Source: Thermofilaceae archaeon (GTDB taxonomy: Archaea > Thermoproteota > Thermoprotei > Thermofilales > Thermofilaceae). Taken from it: a stretch of DNA of 64,000 nt. The notes beneath the pieces were generated by a model. That model did no database searches. It saw nothing but the letters and a program-made list of their open reading frames with translations, and was not told the DNA's origin. The number at the start of each line of letters is the position of its first letter. Position 1 is the first letter of the stretch. The stretch spans positions 1 through 64,000 of the forward strand of contig JAVYWK010000010.1 of the NCBI GenBank assembly GCA_038727095.1, given 5' to 3'. Below are positions 34,773 through 44,847 of the stretch, one piece after another. The translations under genes were made by a program, and so were the position numbers.

Positions 34773-37052
34773 ATGCCCGAGCCAGTGGTCGTCCACATCA
34801 TAGCGACTACCGCGTTGCTAGGCGCTGTACTGCTCATCGTCGCCTCCGTCGCAATCGCCCAATACATCACCTACGTTCAGACCCTCAATACGATGCTGGC
34901 CGAGGCTGCGGAGAGCTGCGCTAAGCAGATCGTAGAGCTGGTATCCGTTCACACGCTAGGCGGCGAAGAACTCACATACATGCTTCTCACTCTGCCGCAG
35001 TCGCTCGGTGGTCAACCCTACAACCTCACGCTCGAGAACATAGGGGAGAACGTGATAGCTGTAAGAGCGCAGCTTCAGCTTCACCGTCAGGTAAGGATTG
35101 TCGTCACCCCCAACTTCGGGCAAGCGCCTGTCTATGCGGTGAGAGAGGCGACGAGGTTCGGTGATCTCGTGCTACTGCCGACGATCCTCCTTCCGACGCC
35201 CTACGGATGGGAAGCAGCCCTAGTAGCCGTGAGAAGCAACGACGCGCTCCTGATAGGTTTCACAACTCAGCCCCCAAACGTTCACTACGCCGTATCACCC
35301 CCCAGATTCCTGATTGTCAACTGGACCACAAGGCTCGAGGGTCTCATAGGCTCCGAGAAAACCTTCTCGTTTGTCATCTTTAACAGCGGGAGCAAGGGTA
35401 AGGCAACAGTAACCATAGACGATGGCGAAAAGCCCCTCATCGAGCCGATCGTCATGATGGTGGGCAGCAGAGCGGCTGCGCAAGGTACGGTGAAACTGGC
35501 CCTCCCCCTTACGCGAGGGTCGTACACTTGGTTCATCCGCGTCAAGCATGACGACGTTCTGCACGATGCTAGAAGCTTCACGGTTGTTTCCTTGGCCCCC
35601 CAGATCGTAATCAAAAGGTATGATGCATCAATCAGCACTCCACTGGGCTCGCCCCTCCGGGTAAGCTTGACGATCGAAAACGCCGGAGACTACGATGGAA
35701 CGGCAGTTATCAAGCTGAACTCCAACCAGACCGGTGAGGTTCCGCTTCAACCTCAGCAGAGCCTTGATCTCGTCTACGAGGTCAGGCCACCGAACCAGCT
35801 GGGCAAACACGTATGGGTTCTCGCAGTGGAAACCCTCGAGACAGGCTACGTCGAGGAGAGGCAAATCACGGTGAATGTCGTGGACCCTGATTCCCCCTAC
35901 ATCAGCTGGGTAAATGGAACAATCGAAGGCCTCGTCAACTGGAATGCACGCATTCACGTATGCATTTCCAACCCCGGTTCAACCAATAGGGAAGTTCAAC
36001 TGTTGCTAAACGGTAGCAGGGTAGGAAGTCTTGAAATCCCAGCCGGGGAAGAGGTATGTACGAGCTTCACAAAGAGCCTACCATCGGAGAAAGGTATCTA
36101 CTGGTGGAGTCTATCGCTAGCCAGCCTCGATGCGAATTTTGACGAAAGGACGATCAAGCTGATCGTTAAGGATTTGACGGGTTCCCCTGTTAGAGGTGCA
36201 ATATTTTACGATACCTTCTCCTCCCCATCGAGTGATTGGAAAGCAGTAGGAGGTACACTCAGGATTACAGGAGGCAAGCTGGATTGTGAGGATCAGGATA
36301 AAGCGTTTTGCGGCTCTATCGAAAGGAGTAGTCAAACTAAGTGCGCTACGGTTTGTTGCTGGAACAGAAGCTTATCGGGCTATAACCGTATCTCTGCAGT
36401 TGTACAGATACAGGTTAAGGGCGGCGACAAAAATGTCGAGAATGGCGTAGCCTTTGCGACCTGCCAGTTTAACCACCTTTATGGAGTGACACTATTCATG
36501 GGGAAAAGTAGGGGGTCGGGTGTACCGGCGGTTTTACGCGTCACAAGGTACGATGGTAGCTGGAGCTTGATAGACTGGACCTCAGAGTTTAATTTAGCCC
36601 CCAACGTCTACTATACGCTTTTCGTTGACATCTCCTTCTCTGGAGGATACTGGGTTCTTACCTACCAAATCTACGATGAGAATGGCAACCCCATAAGCAA
36701 TACCATGGTTAAGACTCTTGATCAGAATTGGAAGGATTGGCCATGCGGCTTTGGCCTGTTCGTCGACGACGATAAGAACGGGATTTTTGATAATGTTGTT
36801 CTAGCGATCAATGACCCGCGATACATAGTTGTGAAGGGTTTGCCACCCAGGTGGAGGGTGGAGCTATATAGTGGCAATAGACTCATAGCCAGCGGACTCT
36901 CTGATGGCGCCATGGACGTCAAGCTCTCAGTCGTAACAGTGCCGATTGTAGAGAGTGCACGTATCGTAGTTAAGGATCCCGACGGGGCGCTGTACAGGGA
37001 ATATTCCTTTGGAGTCCTGGTGGGAGGTGATACTCTCGTCTTCTCACCATAA
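34773..37052 (+). CDS. Large pilus-associated adhesin-like protein (N-terminal TM, CARDB/Ig-like repeats, Cys-rich lectin-like domain)
   Basis: Three repeats xxNxG...LP...GxYxW; FYDTFS...W beta-sandwich; lies in pilin operon. Confidence 0.7.
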   Translation: MPEPVVVHIIATTALLGAVLLIVASVAIAQYITYVQTLNTMLAEAAESCAKQIVELVSVHTLGGEELTYMLLTLPQSLGGQPYNLTLENIGENVIAVRAQLQLHRQVRIVVTPNFGQAPVYAVREATRFGDLVLLPTILLPTPYGWEAALVAVRSNDALLIGFTTQPPNVHYAVSPPRFLIVNWTTRLEGLIGSEKTFSFVIFNSGSKGKATVTIDDGEKPLIEPIVMMVGSRAAAQGTVKLALPLTRGSYTWFIRVKHDDVLHDARSFTVVSLAPQIVIKRYDASISTPLGSPLRVSLTIENAGDYDGTAVIKLNSNQTGEVPLQPQQSLDLVYEVRPPNQLGKHVWVLAVETLETGYVEERQITVNVVDPDSPYISWVNGTIEGLVNWNARIHVCISNPGSTNREVQLLLNGSRVGSLEIPAGEEVCTSFTKSLPSEKGIYWWSLSLASLDANFDERTIKLIVKDLTGSPVRGAIFYDTFSSPSSDWKAVGGTLRITGGKLDCEDQDKAFCGSIERSSQTKCATVCCWNRSLSGYNRISAVVQIQVKGGDKNVENGVAFATCQFNHLYGVTLFMGKSRGSGVPAVLRVTRYDGSWSLIDWTSEFNLAPNVYYTLFVDISFSGGYWVLTYQIYDENGNPISNTMVKTLDQNWKDWPCGFGLFVDDDKNGIFDNVVLAINDPRYIVVKGLPPRWRVELYSGNRLIASGLSDGAMDVKLSVVTVPIVESARIVVKDPDGALYREYSFGVLVGGDTLVFSP

Positions 37053-37090
37053 ATTTTTAAAGTAGAGCCGCTCTTCCTTCAATTGTAGAT

Positions 37091-38353
37091 ATGCACGCTG
37101 CTCTCGAGTACCTGGCCGTAGGGTTGTTGCTTGTGATCGTGATTCTAGCCGCAGGGCAGATGATCGAGGCTCCAGCGAGAACTGTGGAAACGGTGAAAGC
37201 AGAGCAGCTTTATACCGTGGCGGAGAGGTTAATCGATAAGATCCTGCTGACTCCCGGCTACCCGGAGAACTGGGGAGCAGACCTCCTCTTGGACCATGAA
37301 GTGATGGACTTCGGTCTCGCTCTTGCAGGTGCTAAAACGCCTTACATCGTGGATCCCGACAAGGTGATGCGGTTAGCGAACCTCACGACGTATCCGAATC
37401 CAGTGCCGATTAGCGCTGAAAGGATAGCCGAGCTTTTAGGCATTAAAGGTGAGTACGGATTCAGGCTGGAGATGAAGCCCATGATTAGAATTAGAGTCGA
37501 GGCGCTAGACGTTAACGACGGACTCCCCTCGACGTTTATCGTTAACGTAGTAAATTGGCAAGGTATCGCTCTGCCCAACGCTCGTGTAACTGGGATCTAC
37601 GTTATCGTGTACGTCCCCGTTGGAGTTGGAGCGGGCCAAGAAAACAAACAGGATAGGGCTGAAAGCGAGAATCCCCTCGTAGAAAGTTGTCTAACGGACT
37701 CCCTCGGTACCTGTACACTCCGTTTTACTATCCCAGTTTTAAAGCCTAAGGGGGGTATGTCTCCTGTACCCTTCATAGTTTTACACGTCAACTGGGAAGG
37801 CTTCGTCTGCATTTCCGGTTATTCACCAACGCCCAGAGCTTCAGGTGATAGTCCGGTTAACGCTTACATCGTTGGGAACACCATAATTGTTGAGGGAATC
37901 GATGAAATAAGGGGGGTTTTCAAAGTTGACGATGAAGTTGTGCAGGTGGTCCCCCAATACGGGATTCTGATAGAGGATACCGATGTTGAATGGTGTAGAG
38001 CACAACCAGGAGGTCGCGTAGAACCAGAAGACAATATCTGGTGCCACAGGGTGGCCGGTAGAATCCTCCCCGCAAGGCGTAAAGAAGGCGTGGACTACTT
38101 GCTAGGGCGAGTTTACAGCTTAGAACGCCTATCCAGCCATATTATAGTCACGGGAGTCTGGACGAAAGGTGAGCCCGCTTCAGAAAAGGGGGTTGCCATT
38201 GTGATCTCAAGGATACCGGAGGTTGACATAAGCTGGGGGGCCGAAAACGCTCAACCAGCTAACGCGGTAACGATAACTCGGATAGCCCAGATATACAACT
38301 ACCCCTACATCGTCCGCTTGACGATTTGGCGATTAGTGGAGGGCTGGCCGTGA
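37091..38353 (+). CDS. Minor pilin-like membrane-anchored protein
   Basis: MHAALEYL plus hydrophobic helix; TPGYPENWG, DFGLA, DPDKV. Confidence 0.7.
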   Translation: MHAALEYLAVGLLLVIVILAAGQMIEAPARTVETVKAEQLYTVAERLIDKILLTPGYPENWGADLLLDHEVMDFGLALAGAKTPYIVDPDKVMRLANLTTYPNPVPISAERIAELLGIKGEYGFRLEMKPMIRIRVEALDVNDGLPSTFIVNVVNWQGIALPNARVTGIYVIVYVPVGVGAGQENKQDRAESENPLVESCLTDSLGTCTLRFTIPVLKPKGGMSPVPFIVLHVNWEGFVCISGYSPTPRASGDSPVNAYIVGNTIIVEGIDEIRGVFKVDDEVVQVVPQYGILIEDTDVEWCRAQPGGRVEPEDNIWCHRVAGRILPARRKEGVDYLLGRVYSLERLSSHIIVTGVWTKGEPASEKGVAIVISRIPEVDISWGAENAQPANAVTITRIAQIYNYPYIVRLTIWRLVEGWP

Positions 38354-38844
38354 TGAATCGGGGGAGAAGGGGTCAGTTTAGGATTATAGAGTTGGTAATA
38401 GCCGTCACGATGGTTGTCGCAGTGATGCTTCTGGTGATGTTCTTCACACGCCCAATGAGGAGCGTTTATCTGAGGGAAGTAGCGGATCTCCGGAGTCTTG
38501 CCTACAACCTACTCAACAACTTCGCTGACGCCGGTGTCTTTGAACGGGTTTTGAACAGCACCCAAAACGGCGAAAAAGGCTGGGAGGGAAGGCTGAGGAT
38601 GCTCGTCAGTTCAAGCTTGCCTCCGGGCCTCGTCTTCAGGATGGAGATCTACGATGTTAAAATCAACAAGGATGGAACCATTGAGCTGAAACGGATTGAC
38701 GAGGGTGCCATTACGAACATGGAGCGTGACGCGGAGCTGGTTGAAGCAGAGTCTGTTCAGTACACACTTGTCTGCACGCGCGATCCCGATAGTGTGAGAG
38801 GGAGGATCCTGTACATCGTTCTAGTGATCGGGTATGCAGGTTAG
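38353..38844 (+). CDS. Minor pilin (class III signal peptide)
   Basis: MNRGRRG|QFRIIE plus hydrophobic helix; coupled to upstream stop. Confidence 0.8.
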   Translation: MNRGRRGQFRIIELVIAVTMVVAVMLLVMFFTRPMRSVYLREVADLRSLAYNLLNNFADAGVFERVLNSTQNGEKGWEGRLRMLVSSSLPPGLVFRMEIYDVKINKDGTIELKRIDEGAITNMERDAELVEAESVQYTLVCTRDPDSVRGRILYIVLVIGYAG

Positions 38845-39715
38845 ACGCTCCGCTCAAATGCTAGTTGCAGCCGTCCTCGTGATGGGCCTCTTTGTTATGA
38901 GCTTTCTCGTTGCCGCCTATCAAACGCACGCTCTTTTTCTGAGGACTAGGAGCGTCGTTGTTAGGGAAATTGCGGGCGCTATCACCGCAGATTTTAACAG
39001 GGCGCTAGCCGCGATGCTCGCGCTCGCGACCAGATCCTACTACGATCATTACCGTTTCACCGACTTCACTTCGAATTTTGAGGAATACGGGCTCCAGCCT
39101 CGCGACCTCAATTCGGCAAAAGATGTTGCTTACCTCTACCTGAATGCGTGGGCAAACGTTCAGAGAACTGTCTACGCGGAGTACGGCGTGCAGATCTCTT
39201 GGCACCTTTGCGCATCACCTCTCCCGCGGAACCCAAGGGTCTACGTTTACGACCTCTTCCTCATCTACTGGAACAAGACGCACGACAATAAGCCGTACGC
39301 AGCATCGTACGCTTGTGCACAACTGCAGCTCAACATCACGAACGTAGGCTTTTACCATTGGACGACCAACTCCCTCATCGGTTTGGTTCTTATCATCGAT
39401 GAAGTTAACGAAAGGAGCAATTCCATCGTGTTCACTGTGCTAGTCGATAACGGTACTTACTACGGGCTGCTGCTAGCGAAGGGGTGGGTTGAGGTCTACC
39501 TTTATAGAAACGGTAGATGGGAGGCAGCGAGCATCAAGGACGTGACGTACGAGGGACTGGGCCGCTACAACGTCACGCTAGATGAAAGTAAGGGTTCAAG
39601 CATCAAGGGCAGTAGCAGAGTACTAGTTGTAGTATCCGATGAGCGTGGAATCCTTGTTGTAACACAACAGGAAACTGCAACATCCGACGAAGAGCAACGT
39701 GGAAGAAGGCCTTGA
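38834..39715 (+). CDS. Minor pilin (class III-like signal peptide)
   Basis: MQVRRSA|QMLVAAVLV. Confidence 0.72.
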   Translation: MQVRRSAQMLVAAVLVMGLFVMSFLVAAYQTHALFLRTRSVVVREIAGAITADFNRALAAMLALATRSYYDHYRFTDFTSNFEEYGLQPRDLNSAKDVAYLYLNAWANVQRTVYAEYGVQISWHLCASPLPRNPRVYVYDLFLIYWNKTHDNKPYAASYACAQLQLNITNVGFYHWTTNSLIGLVLIIDEVNERSNSIVFTVLVDNGTYYGLLLAKGWVEVYLYRNGRWEAASIKDVTYEGLGRYNVTLDESKGSSIKGSSRVLVVVSDERGILVVTQQETATSDEEQRGRRP

Positions 39716-39720
39716 TAAAG

Positions 39721-41532
39721 CTAGAGCCTCGGCATGAGGCCTGTGACGATCTGAGGGCCGATCATCATCGCAGCGAGGTTGGAGAGGGTTAGAAGGAAAG
39801 CGTGCTTAAAGCCGGCTGAAGCCCTCTCGCTGCTCAGCTTGCCCGCTGCGAGGCCCATCAGGTAGCTGTTGAGGATCACTGGGGGCATGAACATGTTGAC
39901 CAGCTGCACCTCCGAGATCGGCGAGCCGGCGAACCGCATCATCGAAGCCATGAAGCCGACGAGCACGATGACGACGACCGTGATGATCAGCGAGCCCACA
40001 TACGGCATCAGGATCAGGGGTCTGAGGGACCTCTGCTTCTCCCTCTCCACGTGCTCCAGCGTCTCCGCGTAGCTGGCCAGCGCCTCCAGGGTCTCCGGCA
40101 TCCCACCGCCCACCTCGATACTCTCCACAAGCAGGAACATCGAGATGAGCGCGAACCAGTTCTTCATCCCCCTGGCAAACCGCTGGAAGATCTCGCCCAG
40201 CGGGACGCCCCAACCGACCTGCCTCGCCACGTCCCTCAGGTAGGGGCTGAACCGGCCGTAATCCCTGTTCCTCAGGTTGATGATGCACTTCTCTGGGGAC
40301 ATGCCGGTCTTCCTCACCTCCACCAAGTCCCTGAGGAACCTCGTCAAGCCGTACTGAATCCCCCCGAACTTCGCCGTTGAAGCTGCCTCCGCCACGATCG
40401 CCGGGATGAGGCCCGCGCTCATCGCAACCACCATCCCGACGCCGCTCTCGTAGCCCCGCCCCAAGCCGAGCAGCATGGTCAACGCTCTCGTGAGGGACGC
40501 GAAGGGCGCGAACACCGCCTGGAGGAGCTCGGAGGCGGGTCCCGTGACCATGAAGGGTAGAGCCATCGAGAAGAAGAGGAAGAGCGTCACCGGCAGGCTC
40601 ACTCCGAAGTAGACGTAGTACGGCCTCGAGTCGTACACGGGGTACTTTGGCTGCATGATGTCCGCCAGGTAGATGAAGATGCCTGATAGCATCGGCATCA
40701 GGACGTAGGAGAAAACGACGAACTGGAGCTCGCCCCCCGCGACGCCCAAGCCGGCTTGAGCCATCGCCATGCTCACCACGTACATCACGTAGATCGTCAT
40801 CGAGGTCAGCAGGACGACGGCCATGTAGGCCTCCAGCAGCATGGCGATCCTCTCGCCCACTGCTCTCACCTGGCTCACCCTCTCCCTCAGCATCGTCTCC
40901 GTCTGCCTCTGCAGGTAGTGAACTACGTCGCCGCCAGCCCTCAGCGTCGCAGCGTAGCCGAGCAGCAGCTGCTTGTAGCTCCCATGAGGCACGCTCTTCG
41001 CGCCCTCCTCGATCGCCGTCAGCGGATCCTCGCCCAAAGCCCTAACCCTCAGGAAGAAGCGCATCGCCTCCTTCTTGATCTCCCTGAAGAGAATGGTGGG
41101 AGCCCTAGCAACCCGCTCAAAGCACGTGTAGGGCGAGATGCCGCCCGTCGCCATCACCGTGATGTAGACGGAGAAGTACGGCGTCTCCAAGTCGAAGGCG
41201 GACGCGCGGGATGCGGTCTTCAGCTTCGGGTAGAGGATGCCCATCGTAAAGGTAAGACCGCCGCAGGCTAAGGGGAGTAGGGTTGTTAGGACCGCAGCTT
41301 GAAGAGGCGTCAATAACCCAATGCTTGCGAGAGTGAGCGATACGGGTGCAGCTACTGCGAAGCCGACACCTAGAGCTATGAGCGAGATAAACGCGACCCT
41401 GGACGCGTAAGCTGGCGGGTAAACGCGCATGTCCGCGGAAGCGATATCGGTGCGCAGCCAGGGGAACATCCTCGCTAGAAGATCCCCCAGCCCACCTAAG
41501 GCTCGATAGGCGAAGCCGTCCAGGCTAGCCAC
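39721..41532 (-). CDS. Type IV pilus membrane platform protein (TadC/ArlJ/T2SS-F family)
   Basis: Two T2SSF repeats (MATGGISP, LGEDPLTA; KTGMSPE, WGVPL), AAGKLS C-terminus. Confidence 0.9.
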   Translation of the reverse strand: MASLDGFAYRALGGLGDLLARMFPWLRTDIASADMRVYPPAYASRVAFISLIALGVGFAVAAPVSLTLASIGLLTPLQAAVLTTLLPLACGGLTFTMGILYPKLKTASRASAFDLETPYFSVYITVMATGGISPYTCFERVARAPTILFREIKKEAMRFFLRVRALGEDPLTAIEEGAKSVPHGSYKQLLLGYAATLRAGGDVVHYLQRQTETMLRERVSQVRAVGERIAMLLEAYMAVVLLTSMTIYVMYVVSMAMAQAGLGVAGGELQFVVFSYVLMPMLSGIFIYLADIMQPKYPVYDSRPYYVYFGVSLPVTLFLFFSMALPFMVTGPASELLQAVFAPFASLTRALTMLLGLGRGYESGVGMVVAMSAGLIPAIVAEAASTAKFGGIQYGLTRFLRDLVEVRKTGMSPEKCIINLRNRDYGRFSPYLRDVARQVGWGVPLGEIFQRFARGMKNWFALISMFLLVESIEVGGGMPETLEALASYAETLEHVEREKQRSLRPLILMPYVGSLIITVVVIVLVGFMASMMRFAGSPISEVQLVNMFMPPVILNSYLMGLAAGKLSSERASAGFKHAFLLTLSNLAAMMIGPQIVTGLMPRL

Positions 41533-41616
41533 GCTTGCAAAATCACTCGGGTTTATTTAACCATCGCGCAGCGACATGAATTTAATAGGGTTTCCCGCAA
41601 GAGAAGCGGGTCGGCT

Positions 41617-43587
41617 TTGACCGAGCAGGCGCGCACCGTAGCAAAGGCGGAGAAGAAGCAAAAGAAGCAGAAGAAGGGTGAGGAGATCCCGGGCGTTAAG
41701 CTCGAGGAAGGGGTTCAGCTCCTACCTGTTAAGGAGGATTACAGGATCGTTGAGGAGTACTGGGTGACCGAACCCCACGCTAAGGTGAAAATCGTCGAGA
41801 TCCCCGAGCTGGGGGGCCAGAAGGCCTACTACGTTGAGGAGGTGCAGCTGACGCGGGAGGAGAGGAAAGCCGTTGACAAGCTGATCGATATTCTCAGCGT
41901 TGAGCTCGAGCCGCCGGCATCCTTCGACGTGGACTTGAAGCAGCACATACTCGACCAAGCCAGGAGGCTGGCGGAGAAGTACAGGGGCGCGGTTCGCGTC
42001 CCCGAGACCAGCTGGGGGAAGGTGCTCTACTACGTGGAGCGCGACCTCGTCGGCTACGGGCCAATCGAAGTCCTCATGCGCGACTACAAGCTGGAGGACA
42101 TCAGCTGCGACGGCGTCGACAGGCCGATCCACGTCTGGCACAGGGACTACGAGTCGATCCCCACCAACATAGTCTTCAAGGATCGGGACGCGCTCCGCGA
42201 GTTCATCGTCAAGCTCGCCCACATGGCGGGCAAGCACATCTCCGCCGCCTTCCCCATCGTCGATGCCATGCTACCCGGAAGGCACAGGCTCGCAGCAACC
42301 TACGGCGAGGAGGTTTCGCCGAAGGGTAGCACCTTCACCATCAGGAAGTTCAGGGAGAGGCCCTTCTCGATCATCGAGCTCCTCGAGAGCGGGAACCTCG
42401 ACTCCTGGACCGCCGCCTACCTCTGGATGATGGTTGAGAACAGGATGACCGTCATGGTCATCGGGGCGACAGCGGCCGGGAAAACCACCTTCCTCAACGC
42501 CGTCACCAACTTCTTCAAGCCCGGCTTCAAGGTCGTCACCATCGAGGAGACGCCCGAGCTAAACCTGCCGCACGAGAACTGGGTTCAGCTCACCAGCAGG
42601 GAGAGCTACGGCCTCGGCGCCGCGAGAGTCGGAGAGATCACCCTCTACGACCTGGTGAGGCTCTCGCTCAGGTACAGGCCCGACTACATCATCGTCGGGG
42701 AGGTCAGGGGCGCCGAAGCCTTCGTCCTCTTCCAAGCCATGGCCACGGGGCACGGGGGCATGAGCACGATGCACGCCGACTCCCTCTGGGCCGCGATCAG
42801 GAGGCTCACAAGCCCGCCGATGAACGTCGCGCCAGCCTACATCCCGGCGCTGAACGTGGCCTGCTACGTGGAGAGAACCCTCCTACCCGACGGGAGGTTG
42901 GGGAGGAGGCTGAGAAACCTGTGGGAGGTGGAGGACTACGACAAGTACAGGGAGATCGTCCGCTGGGACCCCGTCAGCGACAAGCACGCGATCGTCGGCA
43001 GCAGCGTACACCTGGCAACCCTCGCCCAGCGCACCGGCAAGAGCATCGAGGAGGTCATGGAGGAGATCGAGAGGCGCAGAACCGTCCTCGAGTGGCTGAA
43101 GGTGAAGGGGGTTAGGGACACGCAGGAAGTCTTCGTCTGGATCAACCGCTACTACATCAACCCCCTCGAAGTCTACAAGAGGGCGAGGAGCGAGCTCGAA
43201 ACACTCAGGCTCAAGCCGGCGCCACCCACCGTCATACCGCTCCCACGCGAGGAAGTCGTACTACAAGTGGCAGCTGCGAGACCACAAAGCGAGGCCCTCA
43301 CCAGGCTCCGCTCCCTACCCGCGCTAGTGAGAGCCAGAAGAGGCGAAATCCCACCCATAAGCAAGGAGGCAACCCTAATCCTGAAAACCCTCGCCGCGAT
43401 CGGAGGATCAGCAGACAGAGAAGCACTCCACAGGCACTCAGGCCTACCCCACTCCACGCTAAGCAAAGCCCTATCCGAACTCTCCAGGCGAGGCCTCACC
43501 GAAGTCACACCCACCTCCGCAGACGGAAGAATGCGAATCATCTACAAGCTCACACCAGAGGGGAAGCAGCTCCTCGAGAGCCTGTAA
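41617..43587 (+). CDS. Type IV pilus assembly ATPase (VirB11/ArlI family) with C-terminal winged-helix domain
   Basis: EDISCDG, TIRKF, Walker A GATAAGKTT, TIEETPEL, LRYRPDYIIVGEVRG, His box TGHGGMSTMHA; C-terminal STLSKALSELSRRGL...YKLTPEG. Confidence 0.93.
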   Translation: MTEQARTVAKAEKKQKKQKKGEEIPGVKLEEGVQLLPVKEDYRIVEEYWVTEPHAKVKIVEIPELGGQKAYYVEEVQLTREERKAVDKLIDILSVELEPPASFDVDLKQHILDQARRLAEKYRGAVRVPETSWGKVLYYVERDLVGYGPIEVLMRDYKLEDISCDGVDRPIHVWHRDYESIPTNIVFKDRDALREFIVKLAHMAGKHISAAFPIVDAMLPGRHRLAATYGEEVSPKGSTFTIRKFRERPFSIIELLESGNLDSWTAAYLWMMVENRMTVMVIGATAAGKTTFLNAVTNFFKPGFKVVTIEETPELNLPHENWVQLTSRESYGLGAARVGEITLYDLVRLSLRYRPDYIIVGEVRGAEAFVLFQAMATGHGGMSTMHADSLWAAIRRLTSPPMNVAPAYIPALNVACYVERTLLPDGRLGRRLRNLWEVEDYDKYREIVRWDPVSDKHAIVGSSVHLATLAQRTGKSIEEVMEEIERRRTVLEWLKVKGVRDTQEVFVWINRYYINPLEVYKRARSELETLRLKPAPPTVIPLPREEVVLQVAAARPQSEALTRLRSLPALVRARRGEIPPISKEATLILKTLAAIGGSADREALHRHSGLPHSTLSKALSELSRRGLTEVTPTSADGRMRIIYKLTPEGKQLLESL

Positions 43588-43624
43588 CAAAAGAAATAAA
43601 AAACCCCCATACTCCCGTAATACT

Positions 43625-44131
43625 GTGGCCAGGAGGAGGGCTATCAGCCCGGTTATCGCCACTGTCATCATTGTAGCCGTAACCATCGCCGTCGCTATCG
43701 CTGTAGCCTTCTGGATGACCGGCATCATCGGCCTCTTCACAGGCTTCGAACAACTGCAAATCATCAGTATCCTTGATGATCAGAATGGCATACAGGTGAC
43801 AGTAAAGAACACAGGCACATCGACAGCCTCCATAACCGACATCTATATCAACGGAAGAGCCTGTGTAGCTCAAAAAGCCTGCAATGTAACTACAGATAAT
43901 CAATCCCTCACTCAAGGTAAACCGATTATCTTAAGGTCAGGCGAACAAAAAGTTCTGAAGATTCAAGAAGTTAATCAATCCCTTGTCGGCAACATTGGTC
44001 CAGGCGTGAGTGTTGAAATAAAGCTGCTCACAGCTTCAGGTAAAGAGTACCCCAAGCTCATCGTACTGCAAGAGTACACACCTTCCTCGACTACTGGTAC
44101 ATCGAGCAACCAGACAAAAACCGGCTCATAA
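43625..44131 (+). CDS. Probable major type IV pilin
   Basis: MARRRA|ISPVIATVIIVAVTIAVAIAV; VKNTG...IYING; LLTASGKEY; own TATA-like element and T-run terminator. Confidence 0.9.
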   Translation: MARRRAISPVIATVIIVAVTIAVAIAVAFWMTGIIGLFTGFEQLQIISILDDQNGIQVTVKNTGTSTASITDIYINGRACVAQKACNVTTDNQSLTQGKPIILRSGEQKVLKIQEVNQSLVGNIGPGVSVEIKLLTASGKEYPKLIVLQEYTPSSTTGTSSNQTKTGS

Positions 44132-44175
44132 GTTTTTTTATATCTACATTTATTTTTTACTATTTTTATAATTCA
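44132..44175 (+). terminator. Oligo-T terminator region after the pilin
   Basis: GTTTTTTTA and further T runs immediately after the stop. Confidence 0.55.
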
Positions 44176-44324
44176 ATTTCATAATATAGTATTAACATGT
44201 GAGGTAGTTATTTTCACTTTTATACCTATTTTCACAGTACACGCGTACCGTTTTTGGATTGCATAGATTGTTTCGTTGTGCTTATTAGGTTATATGGTCA
44301 ACGATAGCTCTGTAAGCGTTATGT

Positions 44325-44840
44325 TTAGCCCGTTTTTATGCTCTTCATGATAATTTTTCTCAGTGCTTCCTCGATTTCACCGGCTTTGTAGTTTACCCCG
44401 AGCTTGCTGGTGTAGGTTTTGCCGTTCCAGCCGAGGACAATGTAGGCCTTCGGCGTCGTGTTGAAGAGTTTGGCTGTGAGCCACGCGTAGATGGCTGCTT
44501 GCGCTTCAGCATATCTGTCCGGCTCTTTATAGTGCTTCAGTTCGACGACTTCGATTGGTTTCCCGTGCCGGAATCTGACGAGGTCGGCTATCCCGTAGAT
44601 CCACGTTCCTTCGAGTGTGTGGGCTAGGGGGAGGGGTGTCCAGTAGTCTTCGCTGGTGCAGGCTTGTAGGGGGTCTCCCCAGACGTTGTGGGCTTTGACT
44701 CCGGTTTTAGCGCTGCTGCCGTGGCTGCGGGGGCTGCTGATCCTCCTGGCGAGCTCTGTGACTGTGACTGAGCTGGGGCTGGCTCTGGCGCGCTCGTAGA
44801 GCTCGATGGCTTTCTTCACCTTTTGCAGGCACTCCTCCAT
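44325..44840 (-). CDS. PD-(D/E)XK (Cas4/RecB-like) nuclease
   Basis: GVKAH, GIADLV, VVELKH, QAAIY; no FeS cysteine set; start ATG 44840. Confidence 0.75.
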   Translation of the reverse strand: MEECLQKVKKAIELYERARASPSSVTVTELARRISSPRSHGSSAKTGVKAHNVWGDPLQACTSEDYWTPLPLAHTLEGTWIYGIADLVRFRHGKPIEVVELKHYKEPDRYAEAQAAIYAWLTAKLFNTTPKAYIVLGWNGKTYTSKLGVNYKAGEIEEALRKIIMKSIKTG

Positions 44841-44847
44841 TCTTCGA

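Noticed and set aside
39721-44131. Archaellum interpretation of the platform, ATPase and filament genes
   Set aside because: No ArlH, ArlF or ArlG; pilins are of the xSPVIA type rather than archaellin GIGTLI
44325-44840. CRISPR-Cas locus
   Set aside because: No repeat-spacer array or other cas genes; nuclease lacks the Cas4 FeS cysteines
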